DNA of 64,000 nucleotides from Spironucleus salmonicida (GCF_000497125.1 NC_090600.1:558001-622000); one strand, 5' to 3'. Shown: positions 27,138 to 40,335, counted from the first letter of the stretch. Numbers and translations are program-made. Notes: a model not told the origin generated them from the letters alone.

Positions 27138-27592
27138 TGTGTAGTTATTATAGATATCATTATATTTTAAATTCTGAATTATGTAATGGTTTACTTATTC
27201 TATATTATAAATTAGCATATTTTATTCAAGTTAATATATAACTTAGCTCCTTTAGTATACATAATGTTTAAATAGCCACGGGTTGATATTTAAGTTAAAC
27301 GTGATTTAGTAATATTAGTTATAAAAATGGATGAATATCCTTTAAATATCTGGTTCAAACTTGTGTTTAAATACATAATAGAGTAATAATTATAATTCCT
27401 GTTTACTCATCTGAATACATTAAAGTATTAAATGTATTCTTATTATTTGATTTTCATAATAGAATCTTATAATAAATTATTTAGAATATATAATAATATT
27501 TTAAATCTACAACGAAGATGACACACAAAGTATTTATATGACACGTTCTAAATCATTAACAAATAAAAACAATATAAAATATATACACTATA

Positions 27593-27844
27593 TCACAATT
27601 ACAGCTCAAGCAGGCTGAAATCTATAATCATCTTTTGTGCCAATATTGTCTCATCTTTTTCAAATATATCACTTGATAGTTCTAGAGTTTAGTTATCTGT
27701 TCCTATGTTTTTTAAAGGAAATGCTTATTAAAAATGTTAACAAGGAGATTCAGGTGGTATTTATTCTTTGATAGTTCTTCTGGCTAGTAGATTGTGGAGA
27801 CTATGTGTTTTTGATGATTGGATCTGTGATGGCCTAGTCTTCAT
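27593..27844 (-). CDS. Microprotein, 83 aa, copy 2
   Basis: Mirror of 26398..26649. Confidence 0.6.
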
Positions 27845-28350
27845 TTCTGATATTTATAAACTTAAGTAGTTTATAATAATTTGATTTATCTATTATTGAA
27901 ATAAAAATAATACGAAACTGGACTGATGGTCTAACAATAGAACTTTGTATACTTTATTGAATTGTGGAACTTCGAAATAGTTATAAATTTATTCTTAAAC
28001 CGAATAAAATATCACAAATATATTACATGGTAAAATTCACAGTTTCCGTTTCCATTAGAAAGTATTACGATAATTATTATGATAGTGTAATTGTGGAAAA
28101 CATAATACCTCTTATTATCAATATAATAGCAGGACTTAGTAACAAGTAATATTATCATATATATTATAATTTAACTTTTATTCATGTATACGTCTCATTA
28201 AGGGTGTATACTATCATAAAGTAAAAATAATTTATTATACAAATATATTATACATTATGATATTTACATCGACCCACAATCATGGTAACTTGGTATGAGC
28301 CGTAATATATCATATATCTCGTATCTTGTATTCGTTAACCTTAAATTTAA

Positions 28351-28782
28351 ATGGAGAAAGCGGAAAAGGAATCACTTGAGATACTGCGCAGAATTGAGGC
28401 ATGCTTCAAGGGTTAATTACTAGGAGAACTCCTCCATGCGAAGAGTACGCATCCAACAAAGCAATTCTGGACCAAGTAACAGGATGAAATGCTCCATTAC
28501 CTCAAGCAGACCCATCTTCTTAGCTACGGGCAGTTAGCATAACACATCAACGAGTAAACCTAGTCTACTTTTACTGCAAAGTAGTGCTAGCAGCATTGGA
28601 CACGTGTAATCTAGCCTGGAATTGTGAAAGGGCGGTGGAGCTAAGAAGAGGACCATATGCTAAAAATGCTCATAACGGACTAGCAACTAAGCTGTCGGGT
28701 TGCATCTAAGGTTTTAACAACCAGGACGTCGCAGTAGATCTGGAAACGGTGTCGGGATATGGGGATCGATGCACTTTAGTGA
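28351..28782 (+). CDS. Myb-like DNA-binding protein, 143 aa, copy 2
   Basis: MEKAEKESLEILRR... Mirror of 25460..25891. Confidence 0.88.
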
Positions 28783-28800
28783 GATATTCGCAAAAATCAC

Positions 28801-28989
28801 TCAAAAGTATTGGAACAATAGCGATAGGTCCTACTCGCTTATCTCCTATGTCTCTACGGAGTGCAGGTGTGTGTCTCGCTGCTCCCGGCCCTGCCTGTGC
28901 ATTATTTTTACACTCCTCATTTTGCTAAGAACTATCTAGGTCTCGTCTGAATAATGATACAATATAGTAAATTGGCAACATACTCTCAT
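28801..28989 (-). CDS. Putative microprotein, 62 aa, copy 2
   Basis: Mirror of 25253..25441. Confidence 0.4.
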
Positions 28990-29049
28990 CCGATAGTTTT
29001 TGTAAAACAACCCGCCTGGTAGTCACCAAAAATATTATGATTCACTCTC

Positions 29050-29301
29050 TCACAGCACGTCGCACTCGACCTCGCGCTCCCATCCCTCCGTCAGCGGCAC
29101 CTCGAACACAGCCTCATGCTCCTTAATCCGCTGAAGGATTACGCGCCCACCGCAGTTTTTCAGCAGCACCTCCAGCACCACCGGAAACTCGCAGCGGCGT
29201 CGTACACCGAAGCCACTGTCGCAGATCTTCACATTCAGGCTCACCACCCACGCTGGGATGCAGCTGCACACCGCCGCGTACTCCACCAGCTGCTAATTCT
29301 C
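29050..29301 (-). pseudogene. Duplicated 3' fragment of the 1412-aa gene
   Basis: Mirror of 24941..25192. No in-frame ATG between it and the upstream in-frame TGA. Confidence 0.7.
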
Positions 29302-29418
29302 ATTCCTTACAAGTTATAAGCTCCATTTTTCAAAATAGTTTTCACATAATCATAAATTTTATGAAAAACTATATATTATTATATCATAATATCATATCCC
29401 TAACCCACTCCACATTTA

Positions 29419-30264
29419 ATGAACTTTTTCGAAGAGCTGCTCTAAGATAATCCTGATTCTATCTCTGGACTTATAAATTCTGGAACTACATCTCTTATAT
29501 CACCAATTTTCCCTTTTACGCACGCTCTAAATTTTGCAGCTTATCACAACCTCCTTAATGTGATTCCCTTGCTAACGCCTTTAAATTTTCCCCAAACAAA
29601 CCTGTCCGCGATCCACTACGCCGCATTAACAGACTCATTTTAAGTACTTCCGTTAATTACCTTGAATGCATCTCCAATTCAACTTTCAACTCCAATTTCT
29701 CCACTCCACATAGCGGCAATTTACAACGCCGTGAATTGTGCCCGTTTACTATTAGATTTTGCAAATGTCAACACAAAATATGAGTTCATGGGGCTCGAAT
29801 CGGGCCTCAATGCCCTTGAAATAGCCATAAAATTCCGCTCGAAAAAAGTAGTTGAACTTCTGTTTTTAATCGAAAAAACGGACGATTAAGCGCTTTTGGA
29901 GTGTTTAGATTTTGAAGGATAATTTGGAGTGGAAAATCGAATTAAAATTGACTTTTTAAACTTGCGCGTTGTGGGTGATTATGTTTAGTATAATTGCCAA
30001 TAGTAGCCTTTGGAATACGAACCAGTTTTCGATAACGGTGTTGAATAGACGCCCAATCAGGATACACAGGTCATCACTAGCGAGTTAGACGGTACGTTTT
30101 TAGTTGAGGATTTTAGGAGCGAAAACGAACAGTTAAGGTAGGAAAACGTGCGCTTAATTGCTGAAAATGAAGCATTGCGAGCACAAAATTAGCATTCTGC
30201 TGAAAAACTCATAGCCAGGCGAACTCCGCTCTAAAAGGGGCGCATGCAGGGGAGGAAAAAGTGA
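29419..30264 (+). CDS. Ankyrin-repeat protein with C-terminal coiled coil, 281 aa
   Basis: SAIHYAA, SPLHIAAIYNAVNCARLLL, NALEIAIKFRSKKVVELL. Ends AAG-TGA. Confidence 0.85.
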
Positions 30265-30318
30265 TAATAATTATATATTATTATATGCGAATTGTATGAA
30301 TTATATTTTACAGAATTC

Positions 30319-32682
30319 ATGTCCAATGTCCGCGTTTTCATAAGGGAGCGACCGTCCGCGGAACCACCAATATACACCTTTCAGCAAAACGATGGATGCG
30401 TAAAGCTGTCGACTAACAATGCCAAAACCACTCACCATTACACCCTAGACGGCGTTTTGCTGCCAAACGCGTCCTAAACAGATGTACTGAATTAGATAGG
30501 ACTACCTGCCGTCAAGCATTTGATGCAGTCTTATAACTCGTCGATTATCTGCTACGGGGCCACGTTCACGGGAAAGTCCTACACTGCCATCGGGGACGAG
30601 ACGAATCCAGGCCTCGCTCCGCAGGTTTTAGAGCAGATTTTCAAGAGCCTCGAGGCGCGCCAGAGCATTGCGAACTCCACGGTTTACATCTCGCTGCTAG
30701 AGCTGTACTTCGACAAGCCGACAGATTTGATCAACAACCAGCCGCTGAACATTCGCCAGAACGAGCAAGGATTTTTCTGTGACAATTTGACGACCGTCGA
30801 AATCAGCTCTGCTGAGCAGGGAATTTAGATCCTAAACAAGGCCATCTAGAACCGAATTGTGGGCTCAAATTACGCGAATGAGAAGTCGTCCCGGAGCCAC
30901 GTTTTGATCAATTTCGGTGTTCGGTAGATTAGCCGAGGTGACTAGGAGAGCACAGCGTCTGTACTCACGATTGTTGATCTGGCAGGCAGCGAGAGCATTC
31001 GAAAAGGAAATTCGGAGGGAATCAGACTGGCAGAGGCTTAAAGCATCAACAAGACACTGAGTACTTTGTGTCAGGTCGTGAATGCGCTTTCGACCCGAAA
31101 AGAGCATATTCCGTATAGAGACAGCAAGCTCACTAAGCTTTTAAGCTAGAGTCTCGGCGGAAACAGCTATACAAGCATTATCTGCACGATCGACTCATCG
31201 CAAGAAGATGAAAGCATCCAAAGCATCCAGTTCGCAAATCGCTGCAGAAATGTCGTCAACAACCCAAATATTCAGTACACAGACGTAGAAAAAATAGGTC
31301 AAACGCACCTAATCAAAAAGCTCCAGGAGGAGAATTTGTAGCTCAAAATTGAGCTAGAAGACACCAAAAAGCAAAAATAAACATTAGAAGAAACCATATA
31401 GCAATCTGAAGCACCATTTAACTGGAGCCAAGATGATATAAGCAAAACAGAGACGCTAAGCACCAAACAAACCTCGTTCAGACCAAAAAGCTCAGAAAAC
31501 ACATAATTTATCAAAAACTCTCAAATTTCTTAATTGCCCCAAAATGCACCCCAGACGTCCCAAATCGCCCCCCAAAAAGACTCAATTTCGGTCCTGCGCC
31601 AAAAATTAATCGCGAAAAACGACCAATTCCAGCAGGTTTCCAAGGAGCTCAGCTACCTTAAAGGCCAGAACCGCCAGCAGACGTCGGATTTCAAGGCAAA
31701 AATCGAAGATTTGACCGCTCAAATCGCGCAAAATTCGCAGCTTTTCGAGCTCAAAATGCGCGAAAAAGACGCCCAGAAACTCGACGCCGTCCGCAAAATC
31801 GCGCAGGGCGCAGATTCGCTCCTAAAAACTCAAATTTCGCTTCAAAATTCTACATTTTCCGCTCCTTTAGCGCCCGGAAACGCCGAAATCGACGCCCTGA
31901 TCGAGGACGAACGCGCGCAAATTCAGAGCGCAATGGACGTCCAAAATATGCAATTTAGAGAGCAAATCGACCGGAAATGGCAGTTTCAGCTCGACGAACT
32001 TGAACAAAAATTAGGAGTGAAAAGTCAAATTCAAAGTGAAATTTTGGAAAGTGTCCAAAATGCAAATTTTCAGCTCCAGGAGGCTGTGAAATGGCTCGTT
32101 TCGAGCTACAAGGCGGTCTCGAGCACGCTGCATCTGGCCCGCGAGGGGAAGCTGGACTCGTTCATTGTGAACGAATCGCAGGTGCTGCAGTACCTGCTCT
32201 CCCAGCAGAGCCCCGCAAAGCAGCTTTCTAAGCACCGGAAATCGATTCACACGTGTTTGATTCTGAGCGACGCCCAAATACCGAAATAATTACCTGGAAA
32301 AATTGCAAATATAATTCAATTTTTCACTCCTTTTTAAGGAGTGGAAAGCAAAAATGGAAATTGTAAAAAGCAAACTGGGATGTCGTTTACGAGGCCGAGT
32401 TCTGCGTGTTCTACGGCGAGCAGCGGGCTCAATCAGCCGCATCTGAAGACGGGTTTCGTGAAGCCGAAGCCGGCGGCGATTCACCTGAACATGAACGTGC
32501 ACATTTCGCCGCGGCCTCAGAGCGGCACGCTGTCGCGCCACAGCACCGCGCAGGAAATCTCGTCCGGGAGGCCGAATTCGGGGTTCCAGAGCAGGCCTGG
32601 TAGCGGTTTCGGGACGAACACTGGGAGCTGCCAGGGGACGGCCGAGCTCTCTAAAAAAGCGTATTAGCAGTGGGGGTTCTGA
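30319..32682 (+). CDS. Kinesin motor domain protein with coiled-coil stalk, 787 aa
   Basis: VRVFIRERP, YGATFTGKSYT, NEKSSRSH, VDLAGSE, HIPYRDSKLTKLL. Joins four track ORFs in one frame. Confidence 0.93.
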
Positions 32683-32915
32683 GGTGAAAATATTATTTAT
32701 ATTAATATATAATAAATATATGTATGTAAAAATCAGAAACCGTAGAAATAAGTAAATAGTATATTATAATTATTATATAAATAATAAGTAGTTTGAGTAC
32801 ATAGAAACCACACATTGACGAATAATAATTAATTTGTATAATAATCGTTTTGTAGAGTAATATTTTTGTTAGTAAAACTATACAAAAGATAGATTATTTA
32901 TAGTTTTCAGATAAA

Positions 32916-33185
32916 ATGCTACCGAAGCTCGCAGACGGGTACTACAAAGTGAAGATCGGCCCCATGGAATATCTGCACTTGCGGCACCCGCCAATGGCTG
33001 TAAACTCAAGAAATATATTCATTCGGCCAAAAACGGTTCAGAAAAGTCGATCGCCGATAAAGCAGTTTTCCTCGACTGACAGCTGCATCCAGAGCCCCGC
33101 CAGGAACCAGCTTCAGAGCATCAAGACGCACATCCGAAAACCCGCAGTTGGGAGGCCAATGCCTTGGGAAAAGCACATATAATGA
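32916..33185 (+). CDS. Small basic hypothetical protein, 89 aa
   Basis: Track ORF extended through TAA (Gln) to TGA. Confidence 0.65.
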
Positions 33186-33360
33186 ATTTTTAGAGATTTC
33201 ACTCAACTTATAGAATAATCTCTGCGGCTTATTTTTAAGCTTGTATGCGAACAGCCAAAATATATAGAGGCGGTTACTGGCACTATGTAGACCTCTACAA
33301 AATGTTTTTGATATACGAAGCCAAACATCGCTAGTACTGAAAAACTACTTTCACTACGAA

Positions 33361-33552
33361 ATGGATGCACCTGTCCTGTCCTTGATCAAGAAGAACCTGC
33401 ACTCTTCGAGATGCTTCAACTACGAAATGGAAGCTTTGCCGAACTCCCCTTATTCCTACGCGCATACCAACTTCCCCACACAAATAATTCAAGAAAAGGA
33501 ACCCCTCGAGAGCAGCGAGGACGCCTTCGCCAGCTCGTATCTGCTGATGTGA
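33361..33552 (+). CDS. Microprotein, 63 aa
   Basis: Track ORF. Similar to 26398..26649. Confidence 0.6.
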   Translation: MDAPVLSLIKKNLHSSRCFNYEMEALPNSPYSYAHTNFPTQIIQEKEPLESSEDAFASSYLLM

Positions 33553-33561
33553 GCCAATAAA

Positions 33562-34779
33562 TCACTCATAAATTTCTTCCGCTGCCTGCGGCTTGACCTC
33601 CTGTTGCCGCCTGTAATACAGGTACCACAAGACCACACAGAAGACCAGAACGATCGCCACCGCCATCACCCCGAAAACGACCAGAACCTCGCTGAACCGC
33701 TAACTCAGAAACGCAACCTAGATATCATACGCCAAAAATTCGCTGTTCTGGCTCATCTGGAAGGTTGCAAAACTCCCCACAAATGTCCGTACGACGTAGA
33801 CGCCGTCGACCACACCCGTTATGACCCCTGACACCAAGTGCTCGCAAGCCAAGTTTACCTCTACGATCCCGCTGTGGTAGAGCCCAAAATCGGCTGGAGC
33901 GCAGAAACTCACCAAAAGTGGGCCCGCGCGCGCCTTTTCGGGCACCTGCGCCGGCGGCACACGCCTCGCAGTCCGTAGGATTCCAAAACTGTCTGTGAAT
34001 GCATCTGCATCGCACGCGCCTTCGAGCGCCAAGTACGTGCCTCCTAAGGGAAGATGCCCGCTGCGCGAAGCGAGAAATCGCAGGATCTCGTCAAGGTCTG
34101 AGTGTGCGCAGCCGAACTGCCGAAGCGTGAAAACGCAGTTTACGAACGCCTACGCAGAGTAAGTTACTGATTGATTCTACGCTGCTGCACTCAGGGAAAG
34201 AGCGAGTGCGAGTGCCTACTCGGTCGAGGAGTTGCAAAAAAGTTGTTGCTGGGGTCCAGCTGTGGAGTTTGTTTGCGGTGTATTTGTGGCAGAAATGCTA
34301 AAGATTTTTGCTGTGAACGCGAGCTCGAATCTGTCATAATATACGACGTAGCTGCCATAGGACTGACGGAAAATCGGATCCAGGCCGACGATTTCGTACT
34401 TTTTTGGGATATTTCCGTGGAAAGTGATCGTCTCAGTTTAGGTTTAGTGGATATTGAACTGGCCGGTCTTGGGAGGATAGGACGAATTCTTCTGGAAAAT
34501 CTGCACGTTACCGTTGCTAGAAATGAGCTGAAAACCGGAGAGATCAGTTGGATAGAGGACTGGTGTGTAGGAAGTTTGTTCGACGATCTCGTCGGTGCGG
34601 TTTATTTTGATGAACTCCACGACCATGAGGCCATTTTCGTAGGTTAATAGCTTAGTGCTAGAAATTAGTATTTTCGTTATGTATTTTGACGATGTGACGT
34701 TTAGCGTGGTTGAAAAGTTCGTATCGGGGCTCGCGATGGTACCGTTGAAAGAATAAGCTAGGTTGAGAATTATTAGCAT
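33562..34779 (-). CDS. Type I membrane/surface protein, 405 aa
   Basis: Short hydrophobic N-terminus, Cys-containing ectodomain, TM VLVVFGVMAVAIVLVFCVVLWYLYY. Ends GAG-TGA. Confidence 0.8.
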
Positions 34780-34880
34780 TAAAGGTTAAGTTTCATATAA
34801 TGAAAAATAATACTAACTATACTTTCAAACGAATAGATAATTTTTTCATATAATAAACATATTATTAAATGCAGCTCATG

Positions 34881-35150
34881 TCAATCATCATAATTTTCAT
34901 CTATTGTCGTCAGATTCTCAATATCATCCTCTTCATCTATTAGTATTACAACTTTTGGCTCAATTGGATCTAAATCGTAATAGTTTTTGTGGGATGAAGA
35001 TAAACATTGGTCAGGATCATCTAAAGGTGTCTCCTCATAGAATGATGATTGTGTAAAAGATTATGTTTTAAATGCCTCCGATACAGATGACTCCTACGTT
35101 AGCTTGGGATAATGCTCTACTGACAGTGGTGAAGAATTTTCTATTTCCAT
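34881..35150 (-). CDS. Small acidic hypothetical protein, 89 aa
   Basis: MEIENSSPLSVEH...IDENYDD. Confidence 0.55.
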
Positions 35151-35427
35151 TTTTATTATTCTCAAATATAATATATATCAATTAATATAAATAATTTATT
35201 TTACAATTCCGTACCTCTCCACTGTAGCTGCTATCCTATAAATACTGAAACCAAACATTAAATAATCCACATCATTTCCACTAATATGAATTATTTTGGA
35301 TATAAGTTCACTATTTCAATCTTTTAAACAATGATTTTACTTGCTAATATTTTATCCTAGATTCCATAAAAACTGAAGAAACCCGAATATTAGGATGCAC
35401 AAAACCGTTCACTGACCGCATCCGCCC

Positions 35428-36069
35428 TCAAAATACGATCTCGACACAGGAAGCTTCTTCTACCTCTACATCTCCTGCCTACAATGTTTTCTGGACGCAA
35501 ACCGATTCCACGATCGCTGGCTGATATTCCCGCTAACCGTCGCTGTCATCGACCTACTCCGCGCGCATTTCTTGCGCCAAAATGTCCATTTCTGCGTCCA
35601 AATCTGTGATTACACCAAGTCCGCCAATTTCACCGAACGCTTCCGCGCACTTCTCGAGCACGAACTGGTTCTGCGCCGCAACTTTTAAAGCATCTTGTGA
35701 TTATTATACGATATCGTAATCTAATTCCACTGCCCTCAAAAGTGCAGCGCTCGCACCAGCAGTTTGGTAGCCACGCATGGCCATGAGCTGCCGCTGGCAT
35801 GCGCCAATCTGACCGCCGAGAAAAGTTTCCTCATTCTACAGAATCTTGCGCCGCTGCAGGATAGCTTTTGCACCGCTTTCGTTCGCCTGTAGGAGCGCGT
35901 TCCGGGCATCGGAGCGGAGAGCCGAAATCGAGCCTTGGAGCATCACTACCCTTTGCTCGAGTCGTTCTATGTGAAGTTTAAGATTTAGAATAACCATGTC
36001 GGAATCATTGTTTACTTGTGGTGGTGAGACTGTGTTAGACCGCGAAAACAGCTTTCTTAGATAGTTCAT
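35428..36069 (-). CDS. Snf7-family (ESCRT-III/CHMP-like) protein, 213 aa
   Basis: Basic helical N-terminus (ILNLKLHIERLEQR...AKAILQRRK) and acidic C-terminus (DLDAEMDIL). Size fits the family. Confidence 0.7.
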
Positions 36070-36362
36070 ATTTATGTGATGGAAAGGTTAATTTACTATA
36101 TTATAAAGTATAATAATAGTAAAATATGAAGGAAAAATTATTAAAATTTAGATAGGAAATTGCTGAAATAGAAATACATATTAAATGAACATGTCTACTC
36201 TATAATAAATAAAATGAAGTAACTTTAAAATATATAAACGGGGAGTAATCAATGGTATTGACTCGGTTAAAAATTATCATTTATAGACAATTTCACAGCT
36301 GATTAATACCCACATACACAGAATATATCACAAAATATAAATAAATTTAAATGACATAAAGC

Positions 36363-39300
36363 TCACTAAAGCCTCGGGAGCCCGCTGCCGCTCCCCGCCT
36401 TCGTTTTCCCGCTCTTCAGTGGCGTGGCACCATTGCTGATCGTCTTCGTGGCCGCCTGAAGACCGCCGCTAAAGCTGTCGTTTTTGGCCTGCGCCTTCAG
36501 CATCGCCTCGGCTGGAACGCCTGGAATTTGCATCGTACCGACTTTTGATGATTTGTCAGAAAACCTCTTATTGTAGCTCTCCTCTCTGTCCAATAACTGC
36601 CGCTTGTACCATTCTGTCTGTTTCGCGATATTCTTCAGCTCCTGCTCGCGCACTTGCACCATTTCCGACAACTTTTTGATGCGCTCCAAATCTTCAGGCC
36701 GCGACGGCCTGTTGTCAAACTGCGCGTGAAGGTCGCGAATCTTGTTTTTGAACTCCTGGAGCTCCTCCTGGTGCACTAATTTCAACTGTTCCTACTGCGT
36801 TTTCTGCTCCTCGAGCTGCTGCGCGTACTCGTTTTGCTGCTCTTTCAGCTCGTTTTTGAACAGTTTTTTCTGTCTTTCTAGGTCAACCACGTGCTCACGC
36901 TTCAGCTCCTTGATCTTTTCGTTAAAGATCTCGTTCTAGCTAGAAATTTGAGAGTTCAATTTCGCGATTTCGTCGGTTAATTGTGAGATTTTCGACTATT
37001 TCGACTGAGTTTCGGCCTGCGAATCGCTCAATTGGTGCTGCGTCTCTTGGAGTGATTTTTCAAGCATTTTTACCTTGGTTATTATTTCCTGGTTTTTGAA
37101 ATTATTTTTCTCTTTAATTTGCGTTATTTCGGCCGTCAGGTCCAAAATCTACTTGTTTAGCGCAGTTATAGCGGTTTTTAGCCCCAGAACCTCATCGGTG
37201 CTGCTCTTATTCGTTTTTTTGGCCATTTCGAGCTCCAAACGCAGCTTTTCCATTTCCTTGGACTGCTCAAAATACGCCTCCTCAAACTTCTTTTTCTCGG
37301 CGTTAAATAGCTCCTCCATCTGCTTTTGCTGCAGCTCGTTCTTCGAGACAACATTTTTGAGTTTCGATTCCGCTTCTTATTTTATTTGTTATATATCATT
37401 ATTATATGTAATCTATTATTATTAAAATTAATTCTACAGTTTCTCAATTTATTGATTTTTGTCGCTAAGTTCCGCCGAAAATCTCGCGAGTTAGCTCTTC
37501 AGATCCTCAATTATTGAGGATTGGTCGCCAGAATCGGTTTGAATTTGCGTTATTTGGCGTTTTAAAGCCAAAATTTCAGTTTCTGCCGTTTTGAGCGAAT
37601 TCGAAATTTCTAAAATTTTGCTGCTCAAATTCTCAATTTCTAGCGATTTTTGGACGAAAATTTTGTCTTTTTCGCTCATTTCGGATTTTAAATTTGAAAT
37701 TTCCAGCAAAAGTTGCGATTTCACGTCGTTCAAAGCGCCGCTTGAGCCATTTTGAGCCCTAATTATGTAATCGCTCACACCCTCCAAAAGCAAGTTTTCC
37801 ACGCTTTGCAAATCGACCTTTTTGAGCTCCTGATCCAGCAGCGTTTTCAGGCTCAAAATTTGGTCTTTTAGCTCCTTTATGCTGCTATTTGTCCGGCCTT
37901 AAATCTCTGAAATTAGAGCGTTTAGAGCACTTTTTAGGGCCTGAATTTCCGCCCTGGAGTCGCCCTGCGCCTCTAGAAGCTTCGCATTCAACTGCGTCAG
38001 TTCGTCGCTCAGCGAGAGTTTCTGGCCGTTTAGCGATGAAATTTGAGCGTTTTACTGAGAAATTTGGAGCTTCAAGGCCGAAATTTCGGCTTTTAGGTCA
38101 GTTATTAATACAGAAAGCTGCTTCTCCTAGCTTCCTGCGTTCTCAGCTCTGCTTTGGAGGTCTTTTTTGAGCTTTTCAATTTCGCATTTCAGCTCCGAAG
38201 TTTCGGTCATGTAGGCGGATTTCAGCATTTCTAGCTCCTAAACCGACGCTTTCAACTGCTCCATAACGGTTTTCATTTGGTCAGTCGTCTGAATTAGGTT
38301 CTTCTTCAGCTCCTCGCCAGACTTCTCCAAATTCTTTATTTAGGCCTTTAAAGCCTCTAATTCGGTTTTTAAAACGTTTTTAGCCAGTTTCTCATCACCT
38401 AACAATTTCGTCAGATTTTGATTTTCCACTCCCTCCTTTTCAAGTTTCTCCCTAAAGAATTAAGCCTCCTTGCGCGCGTTTTCGAGCGCCAATTGGAGCT
38501 TCCGCTCGTTCTCGGACGTCGAGCCCAAATTCGCACGCTCCTGCTCGAGCTAACTGAGCAGCTCCTGCAGCTCTTTCGTGAGGGTCTGAATTTTGCCCTC
38601 AGCGGCCGAAATGACCTCATTTTGACTATTTATCACGTTCTGCGACTGCTGATTTTACAGATTTAATTTGTCAATTTCGCCGAAAATTCGCTAATTTTCG
38701 GCCGTCAACTGTTATATCACATCTTTATTTTCCTAAATCTCGGTCCTGGCCTTCGCCTCCGAGCTCTTCAAAACTGCAATTTACGCTTCAAACTGCGCAG
38801 AAACGCGCCCGAATTGCGCGATTTCGGCCTTCAGTTTCTCGACTGTTTCGAGCAGCCGCGTGACGTTCGCCTGCGCCTGCTGGGCCTGCTCTGAGAGCTC
38901 CCGGAGGCGCCTCTCCGCCTCCGCCTGCAGCCGCTCCGAAGTCTGGACTGCCACGATCCGGTCCTGCCGCGCAACGCGCAAATCGGACTGAAGAGTCGAA
39001 ATTTGGGAGTGGAAAGTCGCAATTTCAGCCGAAAATTCAGAATTTTAGCGTTCAAGTTTCTGCAATTTCGCCTGAAGATCCGTGTTTTCCGCGGTGAGCT
39101 TGCTGCGCAGAGCCTCCAGCTCGGCGCCCTGCGCGCTGCGGGCGAGGCTGATCGAGTTTTGGGAGTCGCGCCGGATCTGCTCCACTTCGCTAACTAGCTG
39201 CTCGACGCGCATCCGCACGGCCTCCTTCTGCTTCTGGGAGCGCGCCTCTTACTCCTTTTTGAAGGTTTGGAACTTCTCAAGAAATTGCGTTTTTTCTGTC

Positions 39301-39551
39301 TCAAGGCCCTTGATTTTGGCCAGCGCGGCCTGGATTTCGATAGTTTGTTGTCCAGCTCGCTGCTTTGTAGACTCCTGAAACTGGCCTAGCCGCTGCTCGC
39401 AGCCGCGCGCGAGCGCGTCCAGCTCCGACTCGTACGTCTTCGTCAGCAGGTTCAGATCCAGGTCACGATCCTCCTGTCGGCAGTTCAGCTGGTAGACCAC
39501 TTTGGTAAGCTGCGCCACCTTCTTGCACAGTAGCGAGTGTAGGTTCTCCAT
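36363..39551 (-). CDS. FAM184-like coiled-coil protein, 1062 aa
   Basis: N-terminal KKVAQLTKVVYQLN and C-terminal SRPEDL...REESYNKRF match FAM184A/B signature segments as I recall them. Four track ORFs share the frame. Ends TAG-TGA. Confidence 0.8.
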
Positions 39552-39718
39552 TCTAAAATTTTTGGTACTATATTATTTAATAGATAATAATATATGTCTG
39601 GTGAAAGGAGTGGAAAATTGAGGATTGTAAAATTTCGAAGATTCAGTTCGTAGATATTTGAACCGTTTGGGTGGCTAATTGGTCTATTTTATCATAGCGA
39701 CATAAATAAATCTTGTTT

Positions 39719-40039
39719 TCAGCAGCTAACGAGGAGCCTGGGGCACCGTTACTGCGTGTGAGTAAATGCTTCATTCCTGCGATTGGCAAAAATTTTTATC
39801 TAGGAAATTACCAGTAACGGTCTTTAGCGCGTAGTTTTCAGCTACTTATTGCTAGACGGCTGCAAATACCTGAAATAGGAACTTATGGCTGTAGTAGTTA
39901 TTGGGCTCTTTTACGCAGAATGGCTGCGTCGTAATTTTTCGATGATGTGCTTATCGATAAATTAGGTTATGAAGTCCTTCTAATACCCTGTATTACTAGT
40001 GACAGAGCCTGTGCTGCTAACTTTTTAGGTTTGTTCCAT
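39719..40039 (-). CDS. Possible hypothetical protein, 106 aa
   Basis: MEQTQKVSSTGSV...PRLLVSC. A competing + strand frame is also open. Confidence 0.3.
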
Positions 40040-40335
40040 CTTTAGGTAGACTTTTCAGAGACTACGGGTGTATTAGGTAACTGTGGAGGATGCCAGAGTG
40101 CGTCAAAGGCTTCAAGGCTTAGACGTACGCTTAGCGCGGCCTCGTTACCGAATTTAGGGGTAATTTTTCATTTTGGTAGTAGGAATTTTGTTATCAATGC
40201 GTCATTACTCATTTACAATTATTTAATGTGCAGGATATGCGAATCTCAAATGCGTCCGATAATATTTTTTCGTATTCAAAGAAAAACTGATTGTGAAATA
40301 TAATATTATTATATAGTGTAATATATAGATATAAA

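Larger units (their letters stand above)
27389..29301. repeat. Right arm of long inverted repeat (1913 bp)
   Basis: Reverse complement of 24941..26853. Confidence 0.95.

Noticed and set aside
27705-27884. Short ORF containing QGDSGG (trypsin-like motif)
   Set aside because: About 60 aa with no His/Asp motifs, and antisense to the better-supported 83-aa ORF.
24941-29301. Palindrome as a DNA transposon or foldback element
   Set aside because: No transposase, subterminal repeats or target-site duplication seen. The arms contain host genes.
37375-37455. AT-rich patch in the FAM184-like gene as an intron
   Set aside because: Reads in frame as coiled coil (KLQNQFQQQQITYNNDIQQIKQE).
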